A stretch of 64,000 nt of DNA, from positions 1-64,000 of the forward strand of contig JBFRWN010000044.1 in the NCBI GenBank assembly GCA_051439605.1, given 5' to 3'. This document shows positions 1 through 9,984 of the stretch, in pieces (the stretch's first letter is position 1; every line of letters starts with the position of its first letter). The translations under genes and the position numbers were made by a program. This stretch comes from Synechococcus sp. Its GTDB lineage: Bacteria > Cyanobacteriota > Cyanobacteriia > Thermostichales > PCC-7336. The notes beneath the pieces are model-generated. The model was not told where the DNA came from. It did not search any database and saw only the letters and a program-made list of their open reading frames with translations.

Positions 1-125
1 GCGCCAGCGAGTTTCACGCTTGGTACGCAAAACCCTCTCCTTTTCCAAAAAGCTCGAGAATCATATCGGAGCTATCTGGATGTTTGTCCACAACTACAAC
101 GCATCCTTACTTGTCTAGGACTACC
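1..125 (+). mobile_element. Right end of an IS1-family insertion sequence (transposase C-terminus plus terminal inverted repeat), truncated by the window edge
   Basis: Frame 2..118 reads RQRVSRLVRKTLSFSKKLENHIGAIWMFVHNYNASLLV*, the typical C-terminus of cyanobacterial IS1 InsB. It is followed by ...CTAGGACTACC ending at 125 (reverse complement GGTAGTCC..., an IS1-like terminus). Not in the ORF track. Confidence 0.85.
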
Positions 126-193
126 CGATACTTATCTATCAGATGGAGATGGAGCTTGTGAATTTAGAATCAATCCTGGCTGACTGTTTTCCG

Positions 194-670
194 TCAGTTG
201 TTTGAAATGGGAAAAAGGTCTAGGTTTGATGTGGCAGTGGGAGGCGTGTTGGAATTCAACCAGTAGTCCACGAAGGCCTTTACCAATCGCTGCAATTCCT
301 CTACGTTTATCGGTTTAATCAAATACCCATTGGCACCGTTACGGTAACAAAAATTAATATCTCGCGGGTTTGACGAAGTAGAAAAGATGACCACAGGAAT
401 TTGTTTAGAAAAGCTATCCTGCTTGATCTGCTCCAGAACAAACCTACCATCAGTACCGGGCAAATTGAGATCGAGCAAAATTGCACGAGGAAGACAATCT
501 AAAGGCTGTCTAAGCCCCTCTCGATCGAAGATGAACTCAAGGGCTTCATCCCCATCAGTACATCTCATCACCTTTGTGGGAGAACAAACTTTGTTGAGTG
601 CCCGCATCAGCGCGTAGAAGTCCTCGTCGCTGTCCTCGACAACCAGAAGAAATTCAGCAGTTTTGCCCAT
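194..670 (-). CDS. Single-domain response regulator, Rcp1-like (phytochrome-associated)
   Basis: LVVEDSDED, LLDLNLPG, FSTSSNPRDI..Y..GANGYLIKP and W near the C-terminus. Lies downstream of the phytochrome. ATG at 670 preferred over 712. Confidence 0.9.
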   Translation of the reverse strand: MGKTAEFLLVVEDSDEDFYALMRALNKVCSPTKVMRCTDGDEALEFIFDREGLRQPLDCLPRAILLDLNLPGTDGRFVLEQIKQDSFSKQIPVVIFSTSSNPRDINFCYRNGANGYLIKPINVEELQRLVKAFVDYWLNSNTPPTATSNLDLFPISNN

Positions 671-1021
671 ACGTGCATTGTGCCAATCTATACAAAACTT
701 CTTTTTACTCAAAGAAGATAAATAATTGGGTCTTATTTTCTGCGGGTTTAACCCGTTATCCAGAGAACTCCTGCTTTTCTTAAGATTCGATCTGGTGTGT
801 TTAGGATTGGCAGCTATTGCAGGATTGACGAACGCATCCCCCCAGGCTTATTCGCTAAAATCAACAGCATGCAGTACATATACTCATTGGCATCGGGAAG
901 CTACTTCTGTGTTGGAATGCCTTGTATATTTTGGGTTCTGTCAGTCTACAAATAGGACGACGGCAAGCCTGCGTTGTTCCTTCAGCGATTGACGACTCAA
1001 ATATTACGAACCGGTCCGTAC

Positions 1022-3375
1022 CTACGCGTTGCCATTCGCGGACATATCTATCCCTGAGATGTAGAACGTTGCCCCCTCGCCGTAGGTGGACTCAACCCAG
1101 ATGTTGCCACCATGCCGTTCGACAATTTTTTTGACAATCGTCAAGCCAGCCCCGGCGCCCCCTCCATATTTGCGCTGAGAGTGCAGCCGCTTAAACAAGC
1201 GGAAGACGGTCTCTAAATGGTGCTTCTGAATACCAATGCCGTTATCTCTGACATAGAGCACTGGACTTTGAGCAGGTGTAGGTCTGCGAAAGCCTTCGCC
1301 GTCGTCGAAGCTTTTTGCTGTATTTGCGAACTCCGCTTCCGTAAGGTAGCCCACTTCCACCTGCACGCGATCGGAGTCCGTATATTTCAGAGCATTGCTG
1401 AATAAGTTGTTGAACATCTGAGCGATGAGCAGCGGATCGCAGTGGATGGTGGGGAGAGGGCGCGGAATTGAAAAGACTGCAGAAATGTCAGGGCGGCTAG
1501 CCGTGACCAGTTCGATCGCCTGCTCTACGGTGTCATTCAGGTCAACCGGTTTAATCTGCAGTTCCTGGCGACCAATCTGAGCAAATTGCAACAGTACATC
1601 AATTAGAGAATCCATCCGTTGAGTCAGACGAATCAGCGTTTCGAGGCGATCGACCGCCGCATCGTCTAACCGATCGGCATAATCTTCCAACAGGAAAGTG
1701 GAGTAGTTGTGGATGCCTCTAAGGGGTTCTTTAAGATCGTGAGATGCAGCATAGGCAAATGAATCCAGCTCCTGATTGCTGCGTTCCAATTCACGGTTGA
1801 TCGTGGCAAGCTCCTCCAACTTGGCAATCACTAAGTTCAGCAGGGAGTTGCGCAGAGCGTTCGCATTCTCGATTTCGCAGGGTTTCCACGGGACTGAATG
1901 CTGGCGAACGGTTTCTTGCCAGAGTTCAAACGAGCTACGGGGATGAAGCTTGACGACTCCCTCTCGATCCCGCTGGAGATTCTCGCTGGGTTCCCCTGCC
2001 CAATCAATGGTTTGCAAAACCTCGGGTCGAAACCACAAGAGGGCAGAATTTCTGGTTTTGGAGATCCACAACAACAGTAGACCGCTGGCAGTGTCAGCAA
2101 TGCTAGGCCCGCCCGAATAGTGGGTCGATAGATGATGGGTGGCAAATACTTCGTTAGCGGCCTTATCTTTGGACCACTGCAGCAAATCCTCCACCTCTGC
2201 CAAGGCAGGGGTATCGCCTTGCAACACGATCTTGCCATCGACACAAAAGGCGGCCCCTTGGGCTCCCACCATTTCCATCAGCAGTTCCCCCTGACTCAAG
2301 AGGGCATCTTCGAGGCTCTCTGCCTGCCCAGTAGCCTGAATGAAATGAGACTGTAAAGACTGGAGGTGCAGTTGATAGGTTCTATCTTCGCTGTCGACGA
2401 CATTCGACAACTGAATAGAAATCAATTGGCTCAGCAACTGGCAAGTGGCTAGCACATCTGTAGAAATCTCATTCAGTTCGAAGCTGTGGCAGGAAATGAC
2501 CCCCCAAAGCCGGTTGTTTTGAATTAAGGAAATGGTAAGGGAGGAAGTGACCCTAATGTTTTTTAGGTACTGGATGCAGCACCGATCCGGACTGCGCAGA
2601 ATAGAGTGGCTGAGATCCACCTCACTGGGCAAGATGGGCTCTAAAACTGGCTCCCCCTCTACAGAGACTTCTGAAATCAGTGGAATTTCAGCAGCACCAA
2701 CATCCTTGACATACCGGATGGACATCTGGCATACAGTTCTCTGGCCTCCTGTGGGACATCCACTGCAGGGAATCGTCGACCCTTATAGCTAGGCAGTCGA
2801 TCGTTTGTAACCTCTGCCACTACGCTGCCAGAGCCATTGTCATCAAAGCGAAAGGCGATCGCCCGATCGCAGCCCGTATAGAGCTTAGCTTCTGCTACAG
2901 CAGTATCCAGCAATGCTTGAATATCGGCAGCCCTTTGCACTTTTTGTGTGGTGCAGCTGATTTGCGTTTGAATCGAAACCCCATATGCTGAGGTAGCGAT
3001 CGGTTCTAGCTCCAATATGAGATCGCCATCGCTATGGTGAACCCACATATCGAGGGGACGATTGCGGAACGTTATTTGAGCCAACAGCGCCCGTGAAGGG
3101 GATTCACTAACGGGAAGACTCAATAGCAATTCAATCTGATCGGCCGTTAGCAGTTGCTCTAAAGTTTGACCGAGTAACTGCTGAGGAGAAAGGTCTATGT
3201 ACCCATCAGAGTTAGAGCTAACGTAGCGAATGCTTAGGTCCTCAAGGCGAACCCCCACCAGAAAACCTTGGGGTTGGATGCAACCGGGTGAACGAATTGA
3301 TCGATTTGTAGGGGCATAAGAATCAAACCACTCCCCCTGTACCTCGGTGGATTCTAACTCCTGCTTATCCACCAT
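1022..3375 (-). pseudogene. PAS-GAF-PHY histidine kinase phytochrome (tandem-cysteine type), frameshifted at about 2720 (pseudogene or sequencing error)
   Basis: ORF 2677..3375 has PGCIQPQG, DR...FRFD and FPAVDVPQEARELY. ORF 1022..2725 continues IRY..D, LRSPDRCCIQYLKN, LWGVISCH, WAG, HPRSSF, the H-box ASHDLKEPLR and HATPase N/G boxes. Adding one base at 2720-2721 fuses them into 784 aa. Confidence 0.9.
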
Positions 3376-3514
3376 GAACAGTCACGACCGGAAGACACCT
3401 CGCACAGAATATCCTAAGCACCAGAACAATTCTTTGTTTTTTGATACAAATATCTAACATTAGTTGCCATTCTTTATCCTCTTAGGAGCGGATCGAGCGC
3501 TTAGGACGCTTGAA

Positions 3515-5008
3515 TCAGGAATTTTCAGTGTTTTTTTGACTCCAAAACGTCAGCCCTTGAACCGAGCATGCCGCAGGCTGCTTACCCAATAAAGAAATGA
3601 CTAACCCCAGTATGACTGCAACCGGAGCTGTAATGGCAGATTGCCAGATGCCTGGGAAACTGAACCAGCCAAAGCCTGAACCAGCTGCCAAAATCGCCGC
3701 CGCAGCAATAGTTCCGTAAAATGCGCCAGTTGAATTGATCCGAGGCAAGAGAACGCCCATGAGGAAAATCCCCAGCAATGGCCCTAAAAACATTGTGGTG
3801 TATTCGATCAGAAAGGGGAGTAACGCTTCCCCAGTGGAAGCCACATAAAACGCCGAGAAAATTCCCAGCACTCCCCAGACCACAATCAACCCCTGAGCTA
3901 TCTTCAGGGACCGAGCCTCACTAGGCGCTGGATTGGAATAACGCTGGTAAAAGTCAACCGTCATACAGGTAGCCAGAGAATGCAGAGCCGAGTCAATGGA
4001 TGACATGGCCGCCGCAAAGATGGCAGCGACTAAAAAGCCCGACGCCCCTGCTGGAACCCGCTCGACAATAAAGTACGAAAGAATGCCATCGGGCTTCACT
4101 TCTTCTGGTAGCCCCGAATTTAAGGAATAAAACCCAAACAGAAGTACCCCCAGCAAAAGTGTGGCAGACACTCCAACAAAGCCCGAAAACCATCCCATTA
4201 AAATTGCTTTACGGGCCGATTTCACATCGGCACAAGAGACATAGCGTTGCACCGATTGCTGGTTTGTACCTGCGACGGCAAAGGCCAACATGCCATAGGC
4301 CAATAATGCCGTGGGGAAAGACCGAATCGAAGCGGGTTCCCAAGAAAGATTGACGACGGCAAGCTTTCCCCCCTCGCCGGCCGCCTGCATCAGTGTGTCA
4401 AAGCCACCCGGCACCGCCGATATTGCAGACCAAGCACCTGCGCCTAAGCCCACAAAAATCATCACAAACTGCACAACGTCGGTCCAAACGACCGCCGTAA
4501 TCCCCCCTACTGCGGTGTAGGCGATTGATATGACACCGACAAGCAAAATTGCCCCATACAGGGGCAGCTCCGTTACGGTCGACACCACCAGGGAGGCTGC
4601 ATAAAGCAGCCCCCCTAGCCGAGCTATCACAAACAATACAAAACAGAGCGATCCAAGGGAACGAGTTTTTGCATCAAACCTCCGCTCGAGGTATTCATAT
4701 GCAGTGGTTAAGTTCAGTCGCACATAAAACGGTAGAAATAGCAGGATGACCAGGCCATACCCAATTAAGTCCCCCAACTGAAGCTGTAGATACAGAAACC
4801 CGTGAGTATACCCTTCTCCAGGCCCCCCCAGGAGGGACGCCGCAGAGAAAGAAGTCGCAATAATTGATAACCCAACGGCCCACCAAGGAAGCCGCCGTGC
4901 CCCTCGGAAATATGTATCGGTATTAGTCTGTTGGCGACTTGCTACGATGCCTATCCCGAGCAACGTCATTGCGTAAGCTGCAACAATAGCCCAATCGATG
5001 GCGCTCAT
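3515..5008 (-). CDS. Sodium:solute symporter (SSS) family transporter
   Basis: PWWAVGLSIIAT, TAYEYLERRF, GG..AVVWTD, Q..VQRY and AAAMSSIDS motifs; many hydrophobic segments. Confidence 0.92.
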   Translation of the reverse strand: MSAIDWAIVAAYAMTLLGIGIVASRQQTNTDTYFRGARRLPWWAVGLSIIATSFSAASLLGGPGEGYTHGFLYLQLQLGDLIGYGLVILLFLPFYVRLNLTTAYEYLERRFDAKTRSLGSLCFVLFVIARLGGLLYAASLVVSTVTELPLYGAILLVGVISIAYTAVGGITAVVWTDVVQFVMIFVGLGAGAWSAISAVPGGFDTLMQAAGEGGKLAVVNLSWEPASIRSFPTALLAYGMLAFAVAGTNQQSVQRYVSCADVKSARKAILMGWFSGFVGVSATLLLGVLLFGFYSLNSGLPEEVKPDGILSYFIVERVPAGASGFLVAAIFAAAMSSIDSALHSLATCMTVDFYQRYSNPAPSEARSLKIAQGLIVVWGVLGIFSAFYVASTGEALLPFLIEYTTMFLGPLLGIFLMGVLLPRINSTGAFYGTIAAAAILAAGSGFGWFSFPGIWQSAITAPVAVILGLVISLLGKQPAACSVQGLTFWSQKNTENS

Positions 5009-5259
5009 AAATAAGCCAGGCTCCTATCGCTTTCGAGGAAAACTATTGAGTTAACTTTATAGATAATTCACGACGAATACCGTCAAGTATCTGTTCTGAG
5101 AGATGGTCTGAAGCCAGATAGTGGACGAAACAACACTAGGTCTGAGCGCGAGATCGTCACAGCGGTGTGCCAAGTGTTACAGAAGACCGCATTCCTGCGG
5201 TAGCTCATGCAAACTTCTTTAGATATTCTGGGTTTACCACGCTGTTCGGATGCGTTGAG

Positions 5260-5817
5260 ATGAAGAATGCAATGTCTTGGTTACTGAGTACGGTTGGGAT
5301 TGTAGGTCTTGCGGCTAGCACCTATACCGCTTCTCCCTTAATGGCACAGACGTCAGAAGAAACCCCTTCAGTTGACGATCCTGCTGCTTCTGTGGAGGAA
5401 TTATTTTCAACTGACGACACCCAATCACTATTTGAAGTCACCGATTCAGCCGTCTCGGGACTTTTGGAACCCCTGGATCTAGCCACCGAAACCGAGAGAG
5501 CTCTCCGAGGGGCGGGTCGATTGGATCCGTTCAAACCTGTGGCTAGCGGTGGTGGTTCCCCCCCCTCCTCAGAACTGATCGATCTACCCCCCATACCTGG
5601 TGCTGACCCAGCACCAGTTGCTAAGAGCGTCCGCGTCACTGGCATTATCCGCGTGGGGAACGATACCTACGCCTTGATGAAAGGACCTAGCGGTTTGGCA
5701 GAGGTGATAGCAGAGGGGGGAATGTACGAATCGGTTAAAGTGGCCAGTATTTCCGTGAGCACCGGAGAGGTGGTCTTGACGGAAGGTGGTGAAACAGTGA
5801 TTGCCAGGGTGGAGTAA
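5260..5817 (+). CDS. Exported hypothetical protein, PilP/GspC-like C-terminal beta domain
   Basis: N-terminal signal-like segment, acidic and Pro-rich linker, GRLDPF motif, then VRVTGII...YALMK...VKVASI...VVL. Start at ATG 5260 or 5272 is more likely than 5167. Confidence 0.6.
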   Translation: MKNAMSWLLSTVGIVGLAASTYTASPLMAQTSEETPSVDDPAASVEELFSTDDTQSLFEVTDSAVSGLLEPLDLATETERALRGAGRLDPFKPVASGGGSPPSSELIDLPPIPGADPAPVAKSVRVTGIIRVGNDTYALMKGPSGLAEVIAEGGMYESVKVASISVSTGEVVLTEGGETVIARVE

Positions 5818-5943
5818 TCTGGTTCAGCTGTTGCCTCCCCTACGTTTCTCGACTACGTTCTTTCCACATCAACTTATAAGCAGGCGAGCTGATGCAATCA
5901 GACAACTTGTTTATAAGTTAGTCATTCAAGTAAACCAGCCTTT

Positions 5944-6330
5944 ATGGCAAAGCAACATTCCCCCGGCTTCTTGGCTTTGGTACAAGCCGCTAAGCAGTCT
6001 ATTCGCGAATATTCCATCGCAGACATTTGCCAGCGCCTGCAAATGGGAGATCGCTTTGTTCTGATAGATGTCCGCGAAGAGTCGGAGTGGAACCGAGGAC
6101 ATATCGCAGGTGCAGCGCACTTGGGGAAGGGAATCCTGGAGCGAGATTTGGAAAAACTCTATCCCGATAAAGACAGCGATCTGGTGCTCTACTGCGGTGG
6201 TGGCTACCGGTCTGCGCTAGCAGCGGAAGCGGCCCAGAAAATGGGATACACCAATGTCAGTTCGATGGGTGGTGGCTGGCGTGGCTGGACGTCTGCAGGC
6301 CTTCCAGTTGAAGGAGGAACCGATAGTTGA
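5944..6330 (+). CDS. Rhodanese-like sulfurtransferase
   Basis: LIDVRE..EW..GHI.GA, active-site YCGGGYRS, GGW..W. Confidence 0.92.
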   Translation: MAKQHSPGFLALVQAAKQSIREYSIADICQRLQMGDRFVLIDVREESEWNRGHIAGAAHLGKGILERDLEKLYPDKDSDLVLYCGGGYRSALAAEAAQKMGYTNVSSMGGGWRGWTSAGLPVEGGTDS

Positions 6331-6346
6331 ACGAGGGTAGTCCCCT

Positions 6347-6772
6347 CTACCCTAATGACTGCAGCCACCCCCGTCGCATGAACCAATCCAGGGTGGCAGC
6401 CACAATGGCAAATAGCAAAAAGCTCTCCCCTACGACAATACAGAGAGGTTCGAGGTTGGCTTGTTCCACCCAGCCCGCTTCAATTTGGGCTCCGCCGCGC
6501 ACAAAAGCAAAGGCTCCAATCGCTCCAGAACGCAGATGGGGGTTGTCATCCGTACGGACAATATACCGATAGGTAATGGCAAATAGTCCAGATGCGAACA
6601 GCGCGCTAGCCAAACTGGGAGACTGCCCCCAACTGGTTAGATCGTGAAAGATGGGGGTGACACCAGCCAAAGCGGCATTGAGCTGCGAGAAGGGCCAAAA
6701 GGCGATCGCGGCGATGAAGAATCCCAAACTTCCTGCTTTGAGGGATTCAACTCGGTCTGTACTACTATCCAT
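6347..6772 (-). CDS. Conserved hypothetical membrane protein
   Basis: RVESLKAG, LFAITYRYIVR.D.NPHLRSGAIGAF.FVRG and 3-4 hydrophobic segments. Start at MDSST (6772) preferred. Confidence 0.75.
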   Translation of the reverse strand: MDSSTDRVESLKAGSLGFFIAAIAFWPFSQLNAALAGVTPIFHDLTSWGQSPSLASALFASGLFAITYRYIVRTDDNPHLRSGAIGAFAFVRGGAQIEAGWVEQANLEPLCIVVGESFLLFAIVAATLDWFMRRGWLQSLG

Positions 6773-7779
6773 CGATCGACACCTCGTCCTGCGGAGAGAG
6801 GATAGCGCGATGATTTGCAAATGGACAAGTATTATTACCTCTCACTCAAGTCAAAGTAGTCATTGGGGCTATTAGTTCACTGTTTCAACCTCAGTTCAGA
6901 GAGCAAAATTTGCGCAGAACTAAGTTTCTGGATCGATCGGAAGTCCTCAAGAACTTGAGGGTCGCTACAATCTATTAGGATCGTAGACTCTTTGCTCGGT
7001 TAGGTATGATCGTAGGCCCATCACTTATCCTCAGCGTCTTGACAGTGGTGATGTAAGACCACAGCATTATCTAACTCCTAAGTGCTAATCATGCATGGAG
7101 GTTTTGCCCATTTCGAATAATTCATCTATCGATATCACAATTGAGGAACAATGAGGTTTCATAGACATTTATTCTCTAGATGTGGTTCTGAGCAGTAGAA
7201 TATATTTTGCACGTTTGAACGAAAAGAACAGAAAAGCTCTGGAATGGGTTACTCAGTAACCTGCAATGGGTAGGTTGACCCTTGCCGGGCTGTTTAAAAC
7301 GTCAGACGAATAGTTTGGCGATTTGACAAAGGAGCGGTTAGTTTAAGGAGCGGGTTTAATGAGAAAGCGCCGGTGAATGCCGTCCCAATCTCGGCCCGAA
7401 ACGCAGGTGATGAGTGTTATACCGGTGATGTTGCTGGGGAAAGATGGTGCTTGGGTCACAGTTAGTTTGCATACAATTAGTTTGCTTAACTGGAGGCAAC
7501 CCAGCTGAGCGATACTGCTCTTACTCCTTCAGTTATTCTCGGTTGCTCCACGCTTGGGTGAAGGCTTAACAATGCTCTGATTTTGAGTTAATAGGCTTCC
7601 GAAATTCCAGACCCTTTGGAGACGTTGTTCAAACGACCGATGCCAAGACTTCTGGACGGCAGCATTTGGGGGCCTCCTTTGCTCGAACAAACACCTAATT
7701 GTTAGGGCTCTTTGCGTTGCGAACTCCTCCGGCTGCACTTCCCCCTCTCAATTCATTAATTAGGAACAAGGACCTCGGC

Positions 7780-8931
7780 ATGACTCAGGCCAAACAAGTT
7801 ATCGATCTTGTTGATAAATTACCGGCTTCAAACCCCGCTGCCGCTTCATCTACAAGTCAGAAAGCTGAGGGCACAAAGTCCGCGAGTGAGTCCACTGCTG
7901 AGAAAAAAAGCACAACTAAGGGGGCAACCAAGGGCAAGTCTCGCCGCCGCGTCACCACCAAGAAAAAGCAGTACACAGAAGACTCTATTCGTCTGTATCT
8001 GCAAGAGATAGGTCGCATTCGTCTATTGCGGGCGGATGAAGAGATTGAACTCGCCCGCGAGATTGCTGACCTGCTCGAGTTAGAACGCATCCGCGAAGAC
8101 ATGGTGGATGGCAGTGACATTTGGGAAGATCCTGAAGATGTCACCGACGAAGCTTGGGCTGCCGAAGTGGACATGCCCTTGATGGACTTCCGCCGTCGCT
8201 TAGGACGCGGTCGCAGGGCCAAAGAAAAAATGGTTCAGTCCAACCTGCGCTTGGTGGTATCCATCGCGAAGAAATATATGAATCGCGGTCTGTCATTCCA
8301 GGACCTCATTCAAGAAGGCTCTCTCGGACTAATTCGCGCCGCCGAAAAGTTTGACCACGAGAAAGGCTACAAGTTCTCCACTTATGCCACCTGGTGGATT
8401 CGCCAAGCCATTACTCGAGCGATCGCAGACCAATCCCGCACCATCCGCCTGCCCGTTCACTTGTACGAGACCATTTCTCGCATCAAAAAGACCACGAAGC
8501 TCCTGTCTCAGGAATACGGTCGCAAGCCCACTGAGGAAGAAATTGCAACTCGCATGGAAATGACCATCGAGAAGCTGCGTTTCATTGCCAAATCCGCTCA
8601 GCTGCCCATCTCCCTAGAAACCCCCATTGGTAAAGAAGAGGATTCTCGCCTGGGTGACTTTATCGAGTCCGATGGAGAAACTCCCGAGGACCGCGTTGCC
8701 AAGAACCTTTTGCGGGAGGATCTCGAAAGCGTTCTTGATACGCTGAGCCCCCGCGAGCGGGACGTGCTCAAGCTGCGTTACGGACTGGACGATGGTCGAA
8801 TGAAGACTCTTGAAGAAATTGGTCAGATCTTTAACGTTACCCGCGAACGTATTCGTCAGATTGAAGCCAAAGCATTACGCAAGTTGCGCCACCCCAACCG
8901 CAACAGTGTCTTGAAAGAGTACATTCGCTAA
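7780..8931 (+). CDS. sigA: Principal (group 1) RNA polymerase sigma factor
   Basis: [73 protein letters not shown] at 7780. Confidence 0.97.
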   Translation: MTQAKQVIDLVDKLPASNPAAASSTSQKAEGTKSASESTAEKKSTTKGATKGKSRRRVTTKKKQYTEDSIRLYLQEIGRIRLLRADEEIELAREIADLLELERIREDMVDGSDIWEDPEDVTDEAWAAEVDMPLMDFRRRLGRGRRAKEKMVQSNLRLVVSIAKKYMNRGLSFQDLIQEGSLGLIRAAEKFDHEKGYKFSTYATWWIRQAITRAIADQSRTIRLPVHLYETISRIKKTTKLLSQEYGRKPTEEEIATRMEMTIEKLRFIAKSAQLPISLETPIGKEEDSRLGDFIESDGETPEDRVAKNLLREDLESVLDTLSPRERDVLKLRYGLDDGRMKTLEEIGQIFNVTRERIRQIEAKALRKLRHPNRNSVLKEYIR

Positions 8932-8970
8932 ACCCACGTTCCCCTTTCAAGATTCGAACCTGTTTGATTC

Positions 8971-9003
8971 GTCCTCTCCATGGTTAAAGTGGGGAGGATG
9001 TTT
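8971..9003 (+). terminator. Probable intrinsic terminator after sigA
   Basis: GTCCTCTCCA-N9-TGGGGAGGAT stem with G-U pairs, followed by GTTT. Confidence 0.5.
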
Positions 9004-9132
9004 GCATGGGTAGCGCGATAAATCTCTCAGAGCAAAACATCCCTACATGGATTCAGAAGAAGGTCTTACCGTTCTTCCGCTGCTTTAGATAGAGTCCTCG
9101 ACCCTGTTCGCTTTTTCGACCCCATCTTCTTC

Positions 9133-9879
9133 ATGACTCAATCCGATCCTCCTCCTAAACCTGACTACACGACTGAGGCTAAGGGACTATTGCGTCGCGC
9201 TCGCCACGGCATTCTTTCCACCCTCTCCAAGCAGGTGCCAGGATATCCCTTTGGGTCTGTCCTACCCTGCGCCCTCACCCCCGGCGGCGAGCCCATTTTG
9301 TTCATCAGTAGTTTAGCTGCCCACACCCAAAATATTCTGGCGAACCCCCATGTCTCCTTTACCGTCATAGAACCTGACAGAGCAGCAGAAACTCAAGCCA
9401 GTGGCCGGTTTACCTATCTGGGCATTGCGGAACCCGTTTCCGACGCAGATGCAATCAGAATGCGCGATCGCTTTCTGTCATTGGTGCCCAGCGCTCAGAT
9501 TTACAGCGGTTTCGGAGATTTTAGCCTCTACACCATTCGCTTCACCAAAGGGCGGTACGTGGGGGGATTTGGGGCCATAGGATGGATTCACGCCGATCGC
9601 TTCAGCCAACCGGACCCAGTGGCGGAGCTAGCGATTGCAAAGCAGTCTGAGTTGGGGAAAGTCTGCCGCGAGCACCTGCAGCAGTTAGCTCGGGTTCGTC
9701 ATGTGGAGCCCGTTGCTTTGGCGAATGCTGACAATCAGGGATGCGATATTCAATTAGGTGACACTGTTCTCCGGCTTGAGTTTGCCGAATCGCTGGCCAG
9801 CGATAGCTCTTTGGTGGAGATCGGTCAGGCGATCGAGCGAGCTATCCAAAAGGCTACCGCCCCCCAGCCCCGCATCTAG
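9133..9879 (+). CDS. Pyridoxamine 5'-phosphate oxidase-like / HugZ-family split-barrel protein
   Basis: GILSTLS...GYPFGS, ISSLAAHTQNI.ANPHVS, DF..Y, YVGGFG..GWI. Confidence 0.85.
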   Translation: MTQSDPPPKPDYTTEAKGLLRRARHGILSTLSKQVPGYPFGSVLPCALTPGGEPILFISSLAAHTQNILANPHVSFTVIEPDRAAETQASGRFTYLGIAEPVSDADAIRMRDRFLSLVPSAQIYSGFGDFSLYTIRFTKGRYVGGFGAIGWIHADRFSQPDPVAELAIAKQSELGKVCREHLQQLARVRHVEPVALANADNQGCDIQLGDTVLRLEFAESLASDSSLVEIGQAIERAIQKATAPQPRI

Positions 9880-9984
9880 ATGATTTCCGATGGTTGGAAA
9901 AACAACCTATTGCCTTCAAACGTTAATAAGCCACCTGGAGCGGGTGAATCTGACAGGACATTAAAGTCTCTCAGCAGTAGAGGG

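Noticed and set aside
671..1021. 350-bp gap between the phytochrome and its regulator, with ORF 726..992
   Set aside because: No recognisable gene remnant or RNA structure; the ORF is antisense to the locus and featureless.
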